Positions 1 to 13,108 of a stretch of DNA of 64,000 nt are shown piece by piece (the first letter of the stretch is position 1; the number at the start of each line of letters is the position of its first letter). A program made the translations under genes and the position numbers. The DNA comes from Takakia lepidozioides. Its lineage: Eukaryota > Plantae > Bryophyta. The notes under the pieces were generated by a model. The model was given only the letters and a program-made list of their open reading frames with translations, was not told the origin of the DNA and searched no databases. Location of the stretch: the NCBI GenBank assembly GCA_030704615.1, contig CM060734.1, positions 59,148,001 through 59,212,000 on the forward strand, in the 5' to 3' direction.

Positions 1-3000
1 CCCCCTTCTCCCAGGGCGCTTGTCCGAATGTCGTCCTGGCAGTCTTGTGTGCACAACTCCCATGGCAGAAAACCCGAGCGCTATAGTGTACTGCCCTCCT
101 CACGAGCATAGAGCTACATTTCCGTGCAGAGGGGAGATCTGTCGGGTGATGGAGAAATATCTCTGCGTTCGATACCACCTGAAACCGGGGTCGGTATTTT
201 TGGAGGAAGAAAGGAAGGATTCAAATGGAGTTGTAGTCGAAAGTATTGTTGTGCTCCACGATGATTTCGGCGACGGCAGGGAATGGCGAGTTCCACCATC
301 GGACAGCGTCATATACAAGGCTGTTGGGGACTTCATTTGCCCGCCAAATGCGCCTTCTATCCTGGCGCCTTCCACGAAACAATTCGCGAATCAGAGAGTG
401 GGTACCTCAAAGAGAGAAGTCCGCAACGAAGTAAATCCAGAGCCGAACCCATCAATGAAGACGAGCGAGAACCGGGTTGTTCACAACCTGTCCAACTCCA
501 ACGAGGTCATGGAAGTTCCGAGATCATCATGGAGATCAGGCAAGTCCTCAATGAACATCAGCGGATGAGGGAGTCATATTCCCAGCACGAACACAGCAGT
601 TCGATCCATTCTTGAAATTCTGCGAGGGCTTCACATGGAGGGACGCCGCTCGGAGCTGGCTGGGCTGGACTACAGCAAGTTCGCCATTAAATCCGTTATA
701 TGTCTTCCCGCAGACGTCGACGGTAATATGTTCTTTGAGTTCTATCCTCGAACGGACTATTCGAGGGCGTCCGGAATGTTGACAGATATGGATAGGAAAC
801 ATGACGGTCATCCTTGGTGCGTCACCAAAACCACCAGCATGAAGATGCTCGATGGTGTGCGGGTGCGCTACGTTGTTTGTGCGGGCGCGTTGCGGTGTTT
901 CTCCCCAACTTGCTTCCACTTTAAATCCAGAGGTCACAGAAACAAGACGGATTGGATAGGCACAGCTCATCAACCATTTCGAGCTCAGGAGAAGGTTCCA
1001 AACTCCACATTTAAGTGTGCGCATTGCAAAGAACCACCACATTGCATGTCTGTTTGTAATGCCAAGCAGTTCTATGTGTTGCACCGTTTCCCTGACCTCA
1101 CACGAGCTTGCATACACGTTAGTTCCCATTGTCACAAATTGGCGAGGGAGAACTCGCGGGAGGCTGCCCATGAGGCAGAGCAGCTCGTTCAGGAGGAGGT
1201 TAGGTTGAGACCTGGTGCCAAACCCAAACAGATATAGCTGCAGGCCGCCCATAAGATGGCATTGCCCAGAATTATGTCGGAAGACGGCTCCGACAGAGTT
1301 TCTCTCGATGAGAAAGAAATGGAGGCATTGCTGGAGTCAGTGTCCCACGTCTGTTCACCGAATGTCCGAAACCACATTGTCTCCTGCAAACAGAAAATTG
1401 GGCGTGGCTCGAATATGCACTCTATTCTGGAGGTGAAACGACGATGTGGATATGACTACATTCATGGAAGTAGGTTTCCTGGACAAGGGACTGAGGCAGA
1501 TCGTTGTCTCGTATTCAAAATGTCCACGTGTGGGCCTGGCAGCGGCGTCGAACTGGTTGACCGGATGACGAGTGGGGACTTGTCAAACAATTGGGTCATG
1601 TTCGACCATATCAAGCAAATTACAAATTACCAGTGGGTGACAATGGCTGCATATGTCTACGACACGCACTGCAGGATGCTAATGACAATTGCTATTTGTG
1701 AGATGAAAGGAGAGGACACACAATCGGAGATGCTTCTTTGGCAGGGAATAAACGAACAGATGGCCAGGGCGGGATTGCCCCCTCCCAATTTCCGTGGTTT
1801 CATGGCGGACAACGCACAAGCAAATTGGGCTGCCATCCGAAGGGTGTATGGGGAAGACCCCAATGTTCCGATGGAAGGCAAGGAGAGATCATGTGGGTTC
1901 CATTTTTTGCAGAGCTTGTCGCAGTACACAACCCGGCTCGTGGCGCCAGATTTCAGAGAGGAGCACCGTTCTATGTGTCTTGCGTGGAAGCGTGCTCCCA
2001 CCTTGGATGATGCAGAGACACAATTTGCATGTATACGGGCTTGGTGGACAATGTCAGGTGCTGTAAAGAAATCAGACGAGTGAGCAATGGTCAGTTGGCT
2101 AGCATGGTGGCATTATCGTTTCCTCCAGTTCGGCGACTATATGCAGGAGGCGAGTTGGACAAATTCGCGTCCCGTTGAATATTATGCTACACATTATTTG
2201 TAACTTGCTTGTAACCTCAACATGTGCATGTGCAGGAAATGTGTCTGGACTCCGACACTGACATGCCGACAACAAACATGGCCGAATTAGTACATTCTTC
2301 CTGGCGTGCCTCCTCTGCGGCGCATCTGGTGGACATCCTCACTGCCACAACGGAAGACATTGTGAGGTCAATTATGGAGCAATGCAGGTACAACGAGTTC
2401 TTGAAAGGGAAACAGTGTGGGGCTTGGGGCCGGACAGGCAGGAAATGCTGATGCGGACTGCCTCCAGATCAAAGAATCCTCGCAAGTGGGCGGCAGCCTT
2501 GCGAGAGGGCCTTCGGAACACGCCATTGCTTTGAAGAGGCCAACACTTGGAAGGAGATGTTCACACCCGTCCAATGAGACGAAGACTTGACGAGGCACTT
2601 GGCGGAGAAGAGGATTCATGGCGAGCTGACAAAAATATTCACACGCTCCCTCGTGGTCCCGTGATGTTGCCCGAGGAGGTCTTGTTGAGCACCGCAAGTC
2701 CTGCACGTTCAAGATCGTCATCTCCTTTGAGCACAGGGCACGTGCCCGAGGAACATAACGAGCCATCTGTAGTAATGCAGTACAATATACCCATTGTGGA
2801 GACAAGGTGTCGGAGTCACAGTGGAGAATTGCAAGGACATTGCCGGCATTTCGAGGGAAGTGTTGCGCCATCTGGGTGGATACGATAGCACACTGTGGTG
2901 AGATGATTCGGAGGAACCCACACGGTGCTGTACCTGTACCTTGTTTCAGCGGCAGATTTTTGACTCCCACATTCTCTCACGCCGCAACGCAGACGTTTTG

Positions 3001-3650
3001 GTTCTGTAGGCACGACATAATGACCTGTGTATTTGGCAAGCCCAAGTACGGGATTCAGGGAATGCCGAAGCCTCCGGGCGTCTGGCCTGTTGCACCGGGT
3101 TGCAACCTCTCTCAGAATGAGGCGGATGCTCTTTCTGCAGCAGGATTTCGAATGGTGCAACGCACAGATATCCCGGCCCACTCGTTTCCAGTTCCTCAGA
3201 CCCAGCCATTGCAGACTGCTCGGTCCAGTAGAGACGGATTGGACAATTCTGCACATCCCACAATGCGATTCGGAAGAGTGAAGAGACGACACCCTCCCAA
3301 CAAGTTGAATGAGACTCGGATTGCCAATGCTCTTGGGATGGCTTGCACTATTCAGAGCTCCGTGGACATACCCCCACCCGGCCTTGGGCGTGTTTATCGG
3401 ATGACAACGGCCGGCTCAGCTGTACGCGACGACGTATACACAATTACGATTGGAGTGGAGCCGACTTGCAATTGTACGGACTTCTCGTTAATGGAAGCAA
3501 AGAAGGGGTCAAAGTATTATCCGTGCAAGCATCTGTATTACATTTATCTGAAGAGGTTGAGGATGAACTATTGATGACTTTATTCATGCACCAGCGTTGA
3601 GCGTGAACGAGCTGCACAAACTCCTCCGCCAAGATTCCAGAAATCATTTG
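1..3650 (+). pseudogene. MULE transposase with GCM/WRKY-like Zn DNA-binding domain, DDE core and SWIM finger; inactivated
   Basis: ORFs 20-568, 635-1237 and 1256-2083 share one frame, broken by single stops (TGA 566, TAG 1235, TGA 2081). GCM-like region: DGHPW..CAGALRC..C...CAHC. Core: WVMFDH, FMADNAQA, CGFH (CxxH), PTTNMAE. Probable GC-AG intron 2150-2235. SWIM: CNCTDF...CKH (about 3465-3535). Confidence 0.85.
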
Positions 3651-4489
3651 ATGGGGCAAAGAGAATCCACCATATGGATATTTGCAATTGCATTTTGATG
3701 CATTAGACTTTGTTTTGCAGTGTAATGAATTGCACCCCAAAACTCCTGGAATGAGACAGACAATATTAAAGTGATGTCTTTTAAACACTATGTACTGCTG
3801 GATATCCGTTGACGTCCAATGGCAATTCAATGTCGAAACAGAATCAATACAAAGATGGCGGCAAGAAAAATTTGCAAATCTTCTAGAAAACTGAGTTCCA
3901 ACAGTTGCAATTGAGGGGGCCATTTCTGGAAAAATGGCGCCGAATTTCCCTATTTTGGGCCGAAAACTGGCTAAGTCCCAACATTGTCTGGAAACGATGT
4001 CTGGAAAAATGGCACCGAATTTCCAGTTACATGGTCCAGAACTGCCCAACATTTGTGCAATGCCCGGCACCATGTACCGAAATTCAGCGCCACATTTCCA
4101 AATTTTGGGCTTACACTACAATCAAGTTGGGACCTATAACCGCGAAATTTGGCACCATTTTTCGCCGGAGACACCTATTACCGCGCAATACGTCGCCGAT
4201 TTCTCCGCTTGCGGAACATATTACCGCGAAATTCGGCGCCATTTTTGCAGATGTCGCTCGGAATTCGCATGAGCGGAAGACGAAATATCATGAGCACGGC
4301 TCTCAAAACTACAATTTCTACTTCAAACAATGAATATTATATTGGTTTTTTTTTTTTTTTTTCCTGACACATTTCATTAAAATAATGTTTTTAATGTTTT
4401 TTATTTCCAGAATTTGTACTTCTGCTCATGAAAACCGATTGTCTTACTACTCCGCTCATGCCGCTCATGCTCATGAAATAGCTAACCTC
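1..4489 (+). mobile_element. Mutator-like (MULE) DNA transposon, right part (left end lies outside the window)
   Basis: Contains a MULE-type transposase. Subterminal repeats of the (A)TTTCGGCGCC/GGCGCCGAA(A)TT motif at about 3930-4250 and CTCATG repeats, ending in GCTCATGAAATAGCTAACCTC (4469-4489), whose reverse complement matches 31886-31906 at 19/21. Confidence 0.75.
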
Positions 4490-4739
4490 AAAGGAAGGGG
4501 ATGAGTTATAAGCCACCAGTAGCAATGTCAAAAGCAATTTGTCACAGCTTCGAAAGCTTGTCCAGCTAAAATCAATGACTCATGGCGTGGATCCCTAAAA
4601 GAGATCGATGGGCGCTACAGATGTAAAGTGCTACAGTGCCTTCATGAGCTTGGGTGACTGTGTTAGGTCATTAATTATGCAATAGAAGAGCATCTATACA
4701 TACGCAAAAGGCATGGTATCAATGGAAAATGTTGAAGTA

Positions 4740-5620
4740 CCTTAACAGGTACCTTGGATTTCCCCACATTTTTTAATCGGGCGCTTTGACATTTGGGGCA
4801 CCTCTCTTAAGTTGTCAAGTTCCCCCTAAACAACACACATCCCTTTGGGCAAGCATTGATCTTCTTATAAACAAGCCCAAGCTTGCTCACCATGGTCTCT
4901 GCATGGTAGAAAGATGTGGGTAGTACGTTCGGTTGTGGCAACAAGGTTTTCTGTAGTGAAGAGAACATTTCATCCGCAAATGCATTTGTAACCCCATGTG
5001 TTGTGCATAGATTCATTATAAGCATGGTGGCTGCAAGCTTGGAGGATTTACAGCCTTCATATAAAGGTAGACTGCCTCTTCCAATGAGATGGGATCATCA
5101 GTGTGAGAGTCCCCACCTGCGACCAGGTTATGGGCTTCTGGTGGGGTGTTCGTGTCACATTGAACATCTATATCATCTAACTCCACTTCTGCCCCATTTG
5201 CAATTTATAATCTGAAAGGTCTCTTGGATCATGCGCTGCACCTCGACATTCATGTCCAATTCTCCATATGTCCGGTGAGGCTGTCCTACGATTGCAGCAA
5301 CACGATCCCGATTAATCCCTCCATTTGCTGAAGCTACGTCCTCACCGACCTCCATGGCCTCCTCTTCCCACTCATCGTCAGAAAGCATGCCTCCTTGTTC
5401 CTCTCTAGGATCTGAACGCAGGGGATCTGCCAATGTCCATTAGATGTTTTCTCACTGTGTCTAACGCGACAGGTCGTCCACCCTTACACCTCTTGCAAGG
5501 GCATCTTAACTTGTTGATATCATACTCTCGACACCAGGCCTCCTCACATTGCCAAAGAGCATTGTCACGCTCTTGACACCGGAGCAGGTGGGCAGCTGCT
5601 CTGTGCGGCTCCATGATGCT
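4740..5620 (-). pseudogene. CACTA (En/Spm) TnpD transposase N-terminal remnant
   Basis: CPCKRC..VRKHL (transposase-associated domain) and LYEGC..MLIMNLCTTHGVTNAFADEMF..LLPQPNVLP..LGLVYKKINACPKGCVLF..CPKC, typical of CACTA Tnp2/TnpD; fragmented by frameshifts. Confidence 0.85.
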
Positions 5621-6325
5621 AAGGAATTCCTTGCCTGGTATGAGGGGGAGAATCGGGATTAATAGACTAAGTCCCTAAGAAGGACTTACAACAACCTACT
5701 GTCACTACTCACAGAGTTGTAAAAAACTATTTGTGAGTGATTGTTTCAAAGGTCATCATTCTACTTTACAGCTACACAAAGAGTGAGTATGACTGTGACA
5801 GTGCATAATTTATGGAAAAACATGACTGTTGTCATCTACAAACCACCTTCCTAATAATATTTGGAGTGGATTTAACCACTCATTTAATGAGCTAGCAGAC
5901 CCTACTTCTAGCTACAAGGTATAGTGCTTTAAGATAGGATATCTTGAAGGTGATAAGCAGCAGCCCAACCCATTCACTACATCTCTTCTTGGCATCAAGC
6001 GTCAGCCCATTTGTTGTCGTGTGCTTGTATCTACAGCCTAAGCCATCAATCAATTTGAATGTTGACATTGTAGGGTGTACTTTACCTCTTTCTCTTCCCA
6101 ATTTTGCAAAAGGCCGAGAGGCAGATAGTGAACGCGAATGACTCCTACCAAGCGGCCTGCTAGGACAGCCACCCCCACTAAGGAGGCTAACAAGAGCATG
6201 GTGGGATCCCAAAGACCTCTCTCTGATTTTATTTTTATTTTTTTATTATTTTTTATTTTCCTCTCTCTCTTCTCCAAGGTAAGACATATTACCTTTCCAA
6301 CCCCCTTACAAACCTAGTTTCTGAA

Positions 6326-7325
6326 CATGTTGAATTCTGTAAGTTAGCTTGTTGGGTGGTGGTGAAGGCATCTTCTTCTTCAACCTATTGCAGCATGTTT
6401 TGCCTCTCATCAGACTCGGCCCTGAATGCATGATGAATTCTGAAGTTAGGTGGTTGGGTGGTGGTGAAGGCACCTTCTTCTTTGACGTATTGCAGCCTGT
6501 TTTGCCCCAGTATTATCAGATTCGGCCCTGAATGCATGTTCAATTCTGAGGCTGATTAGTTGGGTGGTGGCGATGGCACATTCTTCTTTGAACTATTGCA
6601 GCATGTTTTGCCCTCTCATCAAACTCGGCCCTGAATGGATGTTGAATTTTCTGAAACTTAGCTGGTTGGGTGGTGATGAGGGCACCTTCTTCTTTGACGT
6701 ATTGCAGCCTGTTTTGCCCTGTCATCAGACTCGGCCCTGAACGCATGTTGAATTCTGAGGCTGATTGGTTGGGTGGTGGTGAGGGCACATTCTTCTTTGA
6801 ACTATTGCAACCTGTTTTGCCCTCTCATCAAACTCGGCCCTGAATGCATGTTGAATTTTCTGAAACTTAGCTGGTTGGGTGGTGGTGAGGCACCTTCTTC
6901 TTTGACCTACTGTTGCCTGTTTTTCCCTCTCATCAGACTCAGCCCTAAATGCATGTTGGATTTTGTAAGTTAGCTGGTTGGGTGGTGGTGAAGGTACCTT
7001 CTTCTTTAACCTATTGCAGCCTATTTTGCCCTCTCATCAGACTCGGTGCTGAATGCATGTTAAATTCTGAAGTTAGCTGGTTGGGTAGTGGTGAGGGCAC
7101 CTTCTTCTTTGACCTACTCTTTCCTGTTTTTCACTCTCATCAGACTCAGCCCTGAATGCATGTTGAATTCTGTAAGTTAGCTGGTTGGGTGGTGGTGAGG
7201 GCACCTTCTTCTTCAACCTATTGCAGCCTGTTTTTCCCTCTCATCAGACTCGGCCCTAAATGCATGATAAATTCTGAAGTTAGCTGGTTGGGTGGTGGTG
7301 AGGGCACCTTCTTCTTCAACTTATT
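6326..7325. repeat. Tandem repeat, about 104-bp unit x about 9.6, inside the CACTA element
   Basis: Unit CATGTTGAATTCTG..GGTTGGGTGGTGGTGAGGGCACCTTCTTCTTTGAC..CTCATCAGACTCGGCCCTGAATG starts at 6326, 6429, 6535, 6638, 6744, 6847, 6952, 7056, 7159 and 7263; the last unit resumes at about 7669-7702. Confidence 0.95.
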
Positions 7326-7394
7326 GATTTACTGTCTAGGGTTTTTTAAAGCAGAGAGACCTTCTTCTCAGATCTATCAACATGAAGTTGTGCC

Positions 7395-7668
7395 TGTAAG
7401 AATGAGTGTACTCCCAAGACGTTGTTTGCCATTGTTTTGCCATGGCCATTGACCCCGCGCCTAGATTGTTTGGTCAACAAAGGTACAGGTAGAATTCCCT
7501 TGGTAGATTTGATGAGAGGGTCTGTCTGCTTAGAAAACCCCAGACAGTTTAGATTTTCAGAGAGAGGGAGGGAGGCAGCTGCAATACAACTTGGTTTTGT
7601 TATGGGTTTTTCAATTACGACAGTGGGTACAAATAGGCTACCCCCACTGAGTTTAAATTCAGTCTACT
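7395..7668 (-). mobile_element. Degenerate 3' fragment of the same LINE family as 13109-15530 and 19270-22672
   Basis: Shares AAGACGTTGTTTG..GGCCATTGACCCCGCG and CTGAGTTTAAATTCAGT with the 3' end of the LINE copies. Confidence 0.6.
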
Positions 7669-8369
7669 TTGCCCTCTCATCAGACTCGGCCATGAATGCA
7701 TGAGGAAGGATTTTGGATCACGCAGTGTACATTTTTTAATATGAAAATGGATGTGGGTCATTGTAAGGTTGCCAGAGCATGATGTTCCATGCATTCACAG
7801 CATCGGATGCCAAACATTCTAAGGCACTTTGGCCCAAGGTCTGTATGCGTTCATTGCTAGCATGCAGGTTCAACTTTTGCCCAGGCCACTTCCTTTTTCT
7901 CCTATGGGGTGGAGGGGCTTGTGTTAGGCTGCATCAAAACGTGCAAAGGAAGGGGGACCTCAGGCTGTGGCTCCTGCTGCTGGTCCACCTACGACATAGG
8001 TGCAACAAGGCCCGAATGGGCCATAGATACAATCCACAGGCAGGCACACGTGGCTGCAGCAAGGACTGCCTACCTAGCAGCAGCCCATGGCCCCACCACC
8101 CACAACCAATTCATGGTCATGGATTTCAGGTGGGTCCAATTCCAGAGGTAATAGAGCATGGGTACAAGGGCTACCCAAACTTGGGCACCTCCTTGTCCCA
8201 CTGCTGGTGGGCAGTGGGCAGGCCCACCTTTTAATGGTGGTCCTCTCCATTCATACCCCCTCATGGTGATGATCACGATTCCACACAGCAAGGGGATGTG
8301 CATTTTGAGGCTGCAAACAAAAAACGTGCAAAGAGGCAGGCCTCAAAGGCACAAGAAACTAATGTCAAA

Positions 8370-8850
8370 TCTCGAAAGGCCGCTGGGCTGAAGGGCTCCG
8401 CACAAGGTACAACTAAACTCTAAGGGAGAAGTAGACCAGGGGTGTGAAGGAAATGATTGCTGGCAGAGCTCCTTGCGGGGATTGTGCATCAGATATCTTG
8501 ATCCTAGCATTTTGCTAGCAGACAAACAAGAACCCAGTGACATGGCCAAGGTTAAGGAAGCCATGGACGAGGATTTTGAGTACTATCCTGAACCTATGAG
8601 CGTATCCAAGTTCCATGCAACATGTGGGAGGATTGTAAAAATGTACCGCCAAAAACTGAAGTTGGGGTGGAAGGCTGGAGGTTCATGCCCTCCGAGTGTA
8701 GAGTCCACCCATTGGGATGCATTGGTGAAGTATTGGGAGTCCCCCAAGGGGCAGAAAAAGAGTGAGAACATGAAGAGAGCAAGATCCAGTGTTACCAACC
8801 CATCGAAGGTTGGAAGAGCAGGGATGGCTAGAAATATGAATACCTGCACC
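8370..8850 (+). pseudogene. CACTA TnpA-like (Ptta/En/Spm, Transposase_24-type) ORF remnant
   Basis: CPPSVESTHWDALVKYWESPKGQKKSENMKRARS..SKVGRAG matches the W..LV.YW.....S..NK.AR signature. Confidence 0.75.
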
Positions 8851-10899
8851 ACATCTATTAGTATACGTATATGTGTATACATATTTATATGGTCTATGTG
8901 CATAGAGTAGGACAGTGGAGGCGCCCTGTGAGTTTGTTGCTAAGTGGTGGTACAGTCTTGACTCTGTAACTTGGAAATGATTTCATGAGTAGGGGCGTAC
9001 TTGTTTTTGTTGTGGCACTGGCAGAAGAAAGACCGAGCAAGCAGTCCAAGCTTGACTGAGCTGACACACGCCGCAAATGTGGACAAAGGATATGGCTCCC
9101 AATCATGTCATGACCTTGAGGTAAATGTCGTGCCCTTACTTTGACACTACTTAGATTTCTTGCATCAGCAGGCAGACCATACAAACTCATTATCTCCATG
9201 TTGTTTGGGTTTGTAGGGAGGAGGGAGTGTGATGCAGGCTCAACTGTCGTGTCTTGAGGGCAGTGTGCTTGTCTTGTTAGAAACCCAGATGGATCCCCAC
9301 CATTGAACACTATAAAAGCTGAAGTGGCTAAGGCTTCTGAGGATAATGCCAGAAAACTGGATGCATTGATGGAATGATGGTGGGAATATTGACGTTCGCC
9401 CCTCCTCCAATTGCTATCCCAACATGTACTCTATATAATTGCACCACTGGATGATGATGCAGGCTTGGAAGGCAACACTTTTGTGCAAGAGGTGGGTTGT
9501 TATCCTTCACCTCACGTTTTTTTTTTTGCGTCCCTAAAGTGTTTCTTGAGTTTGAGATGAGCTGTTGTGGTATGTTTTGCTCAGGTGCAGGAAGAAGCTC
9601 CACAAGTTGGGGAAAAGCTAGTTTCAGTGGTTGAGGACCCTCTAATCACTATGTACGAGTGGGGCGCAAGGGGGCTCCTGAAAAATTGCCACACAGGAAG
9701 GGAGGTGGAGGTGGGACAACACTGGCTGCTGGTGATGACGTCTGCTCCACTGAGAGTGCTGGTAAGGGTGACAGTAGGGTGTTGACAGACAAGAATGTAC
9801 TTATTCCTCACCATGCAACTTCCCCACAGAAAGAGGTACCTCCTCCCAAACTTTATCTTGTTTCATTTTCTTGGGCCGATTGTCCATCACTCTGTTACTC
9901 TCATGTATGATATATTTAATGGTGTACGTGACACCAATAAAGTCATGAATGCATTATGAACATGTTGTTAAGTACTCATGTACTATACCATGTTGTTTCT
10001 GGCATGTAAACAGGGGAGTACAAAGCTAAGGAGTCTGCCCCAGCCGTCGTGAAGGGAGCTGAAAAGAAACACGCACAAAAAGCTGAATGTGTGACCAGAG
10101 CCACTCTGGCCAAAGACAGTTTGAAAATGGCTGATGCAATTGGCGACATAACACCAGCATCTAGCGGGAGTAAGGATCAGGTGGGCCTTGAGGAGACACC
10201 TGATCCTGCTGTAATTCCCGTACTAGAGATGAGCACCCATAAGCCTTCCATGTTGGCTACATTTGTTGTACAATGTGGAGTCATTTAGCCATGTTGGGTT
10301 ATGGTTGTGACATTTACAGGACTTTAGAGTTCTAAGGGGTGTTGGGGGGGGTGATGTTTGCAGGTTGAGAAAGCTGTTCTTCATACTTCCACATGTAGTG
10401 CACCAATTGCGCCTACATCAAAGCCAACCCCCAAAATTCAACCCCCTGCCACTGTCACAAATCCACTTATGATACCAAAAGTACTGTAGTCTTTTCAGTT
10501 TTTAATTGTAGTTGACGTTCCTCATTCTCTAGTTTTAATACCATCAGTACATGTATGTCTTCATGGGTTTGGTTCGCCCGGGCATAAGAATTGTTGGCAG
10601 TGAGGAAAAGGCAGGAAAGTAGTTCATGGCTTTTAGCATGCTTGCGGAGACGTAGTGTACATGTAGTATGTCACCCTTTATCATGGCTGGGTTTTGTTGA
10701 CTTTGTTCCAGCACTTTCACTCTTGGATTCTATTCTGTTTTTTGAATGGTGAATCTTCAAGAGTATTTGGGTATGCATATTTGCTTAGAATGTATGGGAA
10801 TTGTATGAGAATGTATAAATCACTTACACACCACTCTGTTAGTGGTATATGTAAGACTGTTGCAGTAGGCAAGAGTGGTTGTACTCCTCCAGATGCAGC

Positions 10900-11763
10900 C
10901 TTAACCACTTATATACCACTCTTGGCAGTAATAATTCCAAAACACATCTGGATGACCCAGTAAGTGGTTTTAGCACACAACCTAACCACTACATCAATAC
11001 TGGTACAACCACTGAGTCCGTGGTTTTAGCACACAAACTAACCACTACTACAATAATGCTAGAACCACTCAGTAGGTGGTCTTAGCACACAACCTAACCA
11101 CTACTTCAATACTATTAGAACCACTCAGAAAATGGTTTTAGCACACAACCTAACCACTACTGCAATACTGGTAGAACCACTCAATAAGTGATAATATACA
11201 TTGTTTATTCTCGTATCATGACTATTCATGGTATTTAATACTCCCTCACAGAGTTGTTTGTGAAGTCATTGCATTTTTCAGCGCATCCCTAAAATATGAC
11301 ACGTGCTCATGTTTGCAATATCGCCACGTGTTCATATGATGGTCAACATAACTTTGTAATTGGATTCGTCCACGTGTCCATATGAATACGGACACGTGTC
11401 CATCCATTGCTAAATATGATCGACGGAATTGCTGCGTCCACGTCACATATAGTGGAAGTGGTTGGAATCACTATGTTCTGAAGTGGTTAATATACCATTG
11501 TGACAGGTTAGACGTGGTTTGGCTTACCACTGTGACACGTCATAAGTGGTTAGTTTACCACTGTAACACGTAAGCGAATAGCTGGACTTGGAGGCAAGTG
11601 ATCGTAACCACTATCTTTAACCACTGCGGACACGTCATGTTTTTTACCACTGCTTAGTCACGATCCACCGGTTCTTCGTCACTCTGGGCCAGAGTGGTTG
11701 GGTGCCTTTTCTCATCAAAATGAGTAGTTACGAGAGTGGTTATTCCGTGTTTTCCTTCTAGTG
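10900..11763. mobile_element. CACTA right terminus with subterminal repeats
   Basis: Ends TTTCCTTCTAGTG at 11763 (reverse complement CACTAGAAGGAAA). Many (TA)ACCACT/AGTGGTT motifs in both orientations, including about 4 copies of a 57-bp unit at about 10960-11190. Confidence 0.75.
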
Positions 11764-12835
11764 CTAGACATCGTATGAGAAAGGTTACTGGGCTTATCTT
11801 ACACTATGCCACATTGGTTGGACACGTCGATTAAGGGACTCAGATGTGGCATGCTGACTAGACATGATGTGAGAAAGGTTACAGGGCTCATTTTACACTA
11901 GTGTGGATTATGCCACATTGGTAGGACATGTGGATAAAGGGACTCAGGTCAACTGTATGACTATGCGTGTTGACCAAGGCTTATCTCACAGCGGTGTGGA
12001 GTAAGTCACATTGTCAGTACACGTAGATCTGTGAGAATTACAGGTGATAAGTATGGATGATTTAGCTCATATGAGCAAGTATGGATGATTTAATTCATAT
12101 CTGTGTTGGGCAAGAGACATGGGAGAGGTGGGGCAAGAGACATGCCTAGTCTAGTACCTTTCGTACAATATTATAGAGGGGTCGTGGGTCTCGTGAAATA
12201 TCTCGAATGTGTGAGAAATCATGTTGCATGACTGTGACGGTATATATAACTATGACTAGACGTGTCACACTCTTTATATTTCAAAATTTGTTATGTTTAT
12301 ATACAATCAAACCACTTATGTTGTGCATATATGTGTAATAGGTGTGTTAGTTAGTGTATAGTGACTTAGCAATGCCATAATGAGGAGGACTTTCAAATGT
12401 GTATAGTCTAGTAATGTGTGGGATGATGTGCAGTCAACCGTTGACCTGGGATGGGGGGGGGGTCCAACGGTCAACATATATATTTCAAATTTTGAATGTT
12501 TGAACCACCAAAATTTAAATTTTAAAATTTGAATTTGAATTTTGAATTGTGAATTTCGCCACATTGTCAAGCAGTGTGTAAGATATGCCGTAAAAAAATC
12601 CAGTCGAAACGGATATAAGAAAAGTCAGTCAAAACGAATGTAAAAAAAACCATGTCAAAAAGGCCAGACAGGCCGGGCGCCACGTCAGGATGTAGATAGG
12701 TGTAAGATGGCTTTTTCGACAGGGTGGTGGAATCGACACGGTTTACCTGACACCCAGGGGGGTGTGAGCATGTGGCTTTTCTTACACCTGCAGGTATAAA
12801 AAAAGGTGTAAAAAAAGCCAGTTTCTCTTGTAGTG
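11764..12835. mobile_element. Second CACTA right terminus (element into which the first is nested)
   Basis: Ends GTTTCTCTTGTAGTG at 12835 (reverse complement CACTACAAGAGAAAC), with GGTGTAA/TTACACC subterminal motifs. Confidence 0.7.
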
Positions 12836-13108
12836 AATTGCATATAGGGTTTAGGGTTTTTACGTTGTTTGAGAAAACCTGCTACAAGAAATGATTCAGC
12901 TTTAGATCAACAAGCTAGGCTCTATGTAGATAGTCCATTCAGTTGAAATGATACCATTTGTAAAATATAAATAACATACTTGAGTTTGAGTTTGAGTTCA
13001 CCCTCAATGCGCAATTGATCGAGGTCCCAAATGCGTCAATTGGGCGAGAATTGGGCTCATCAAATACGTCAAAGTGCACATTTTTGAGAAATCCTTGAAC
13101 AAATATAT

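Noticed and set aside
3444-4367. Overlapping ORFs of 112-209 aa
   Set aside because: They arise from subterminal repeat sequence; no recognisable domains.
6326-7325. Regular repeats as a CRISPR-like array
   Set aside because: Contiguous degenerate units without unique spacers; eukaryotic TE-internal satellite.
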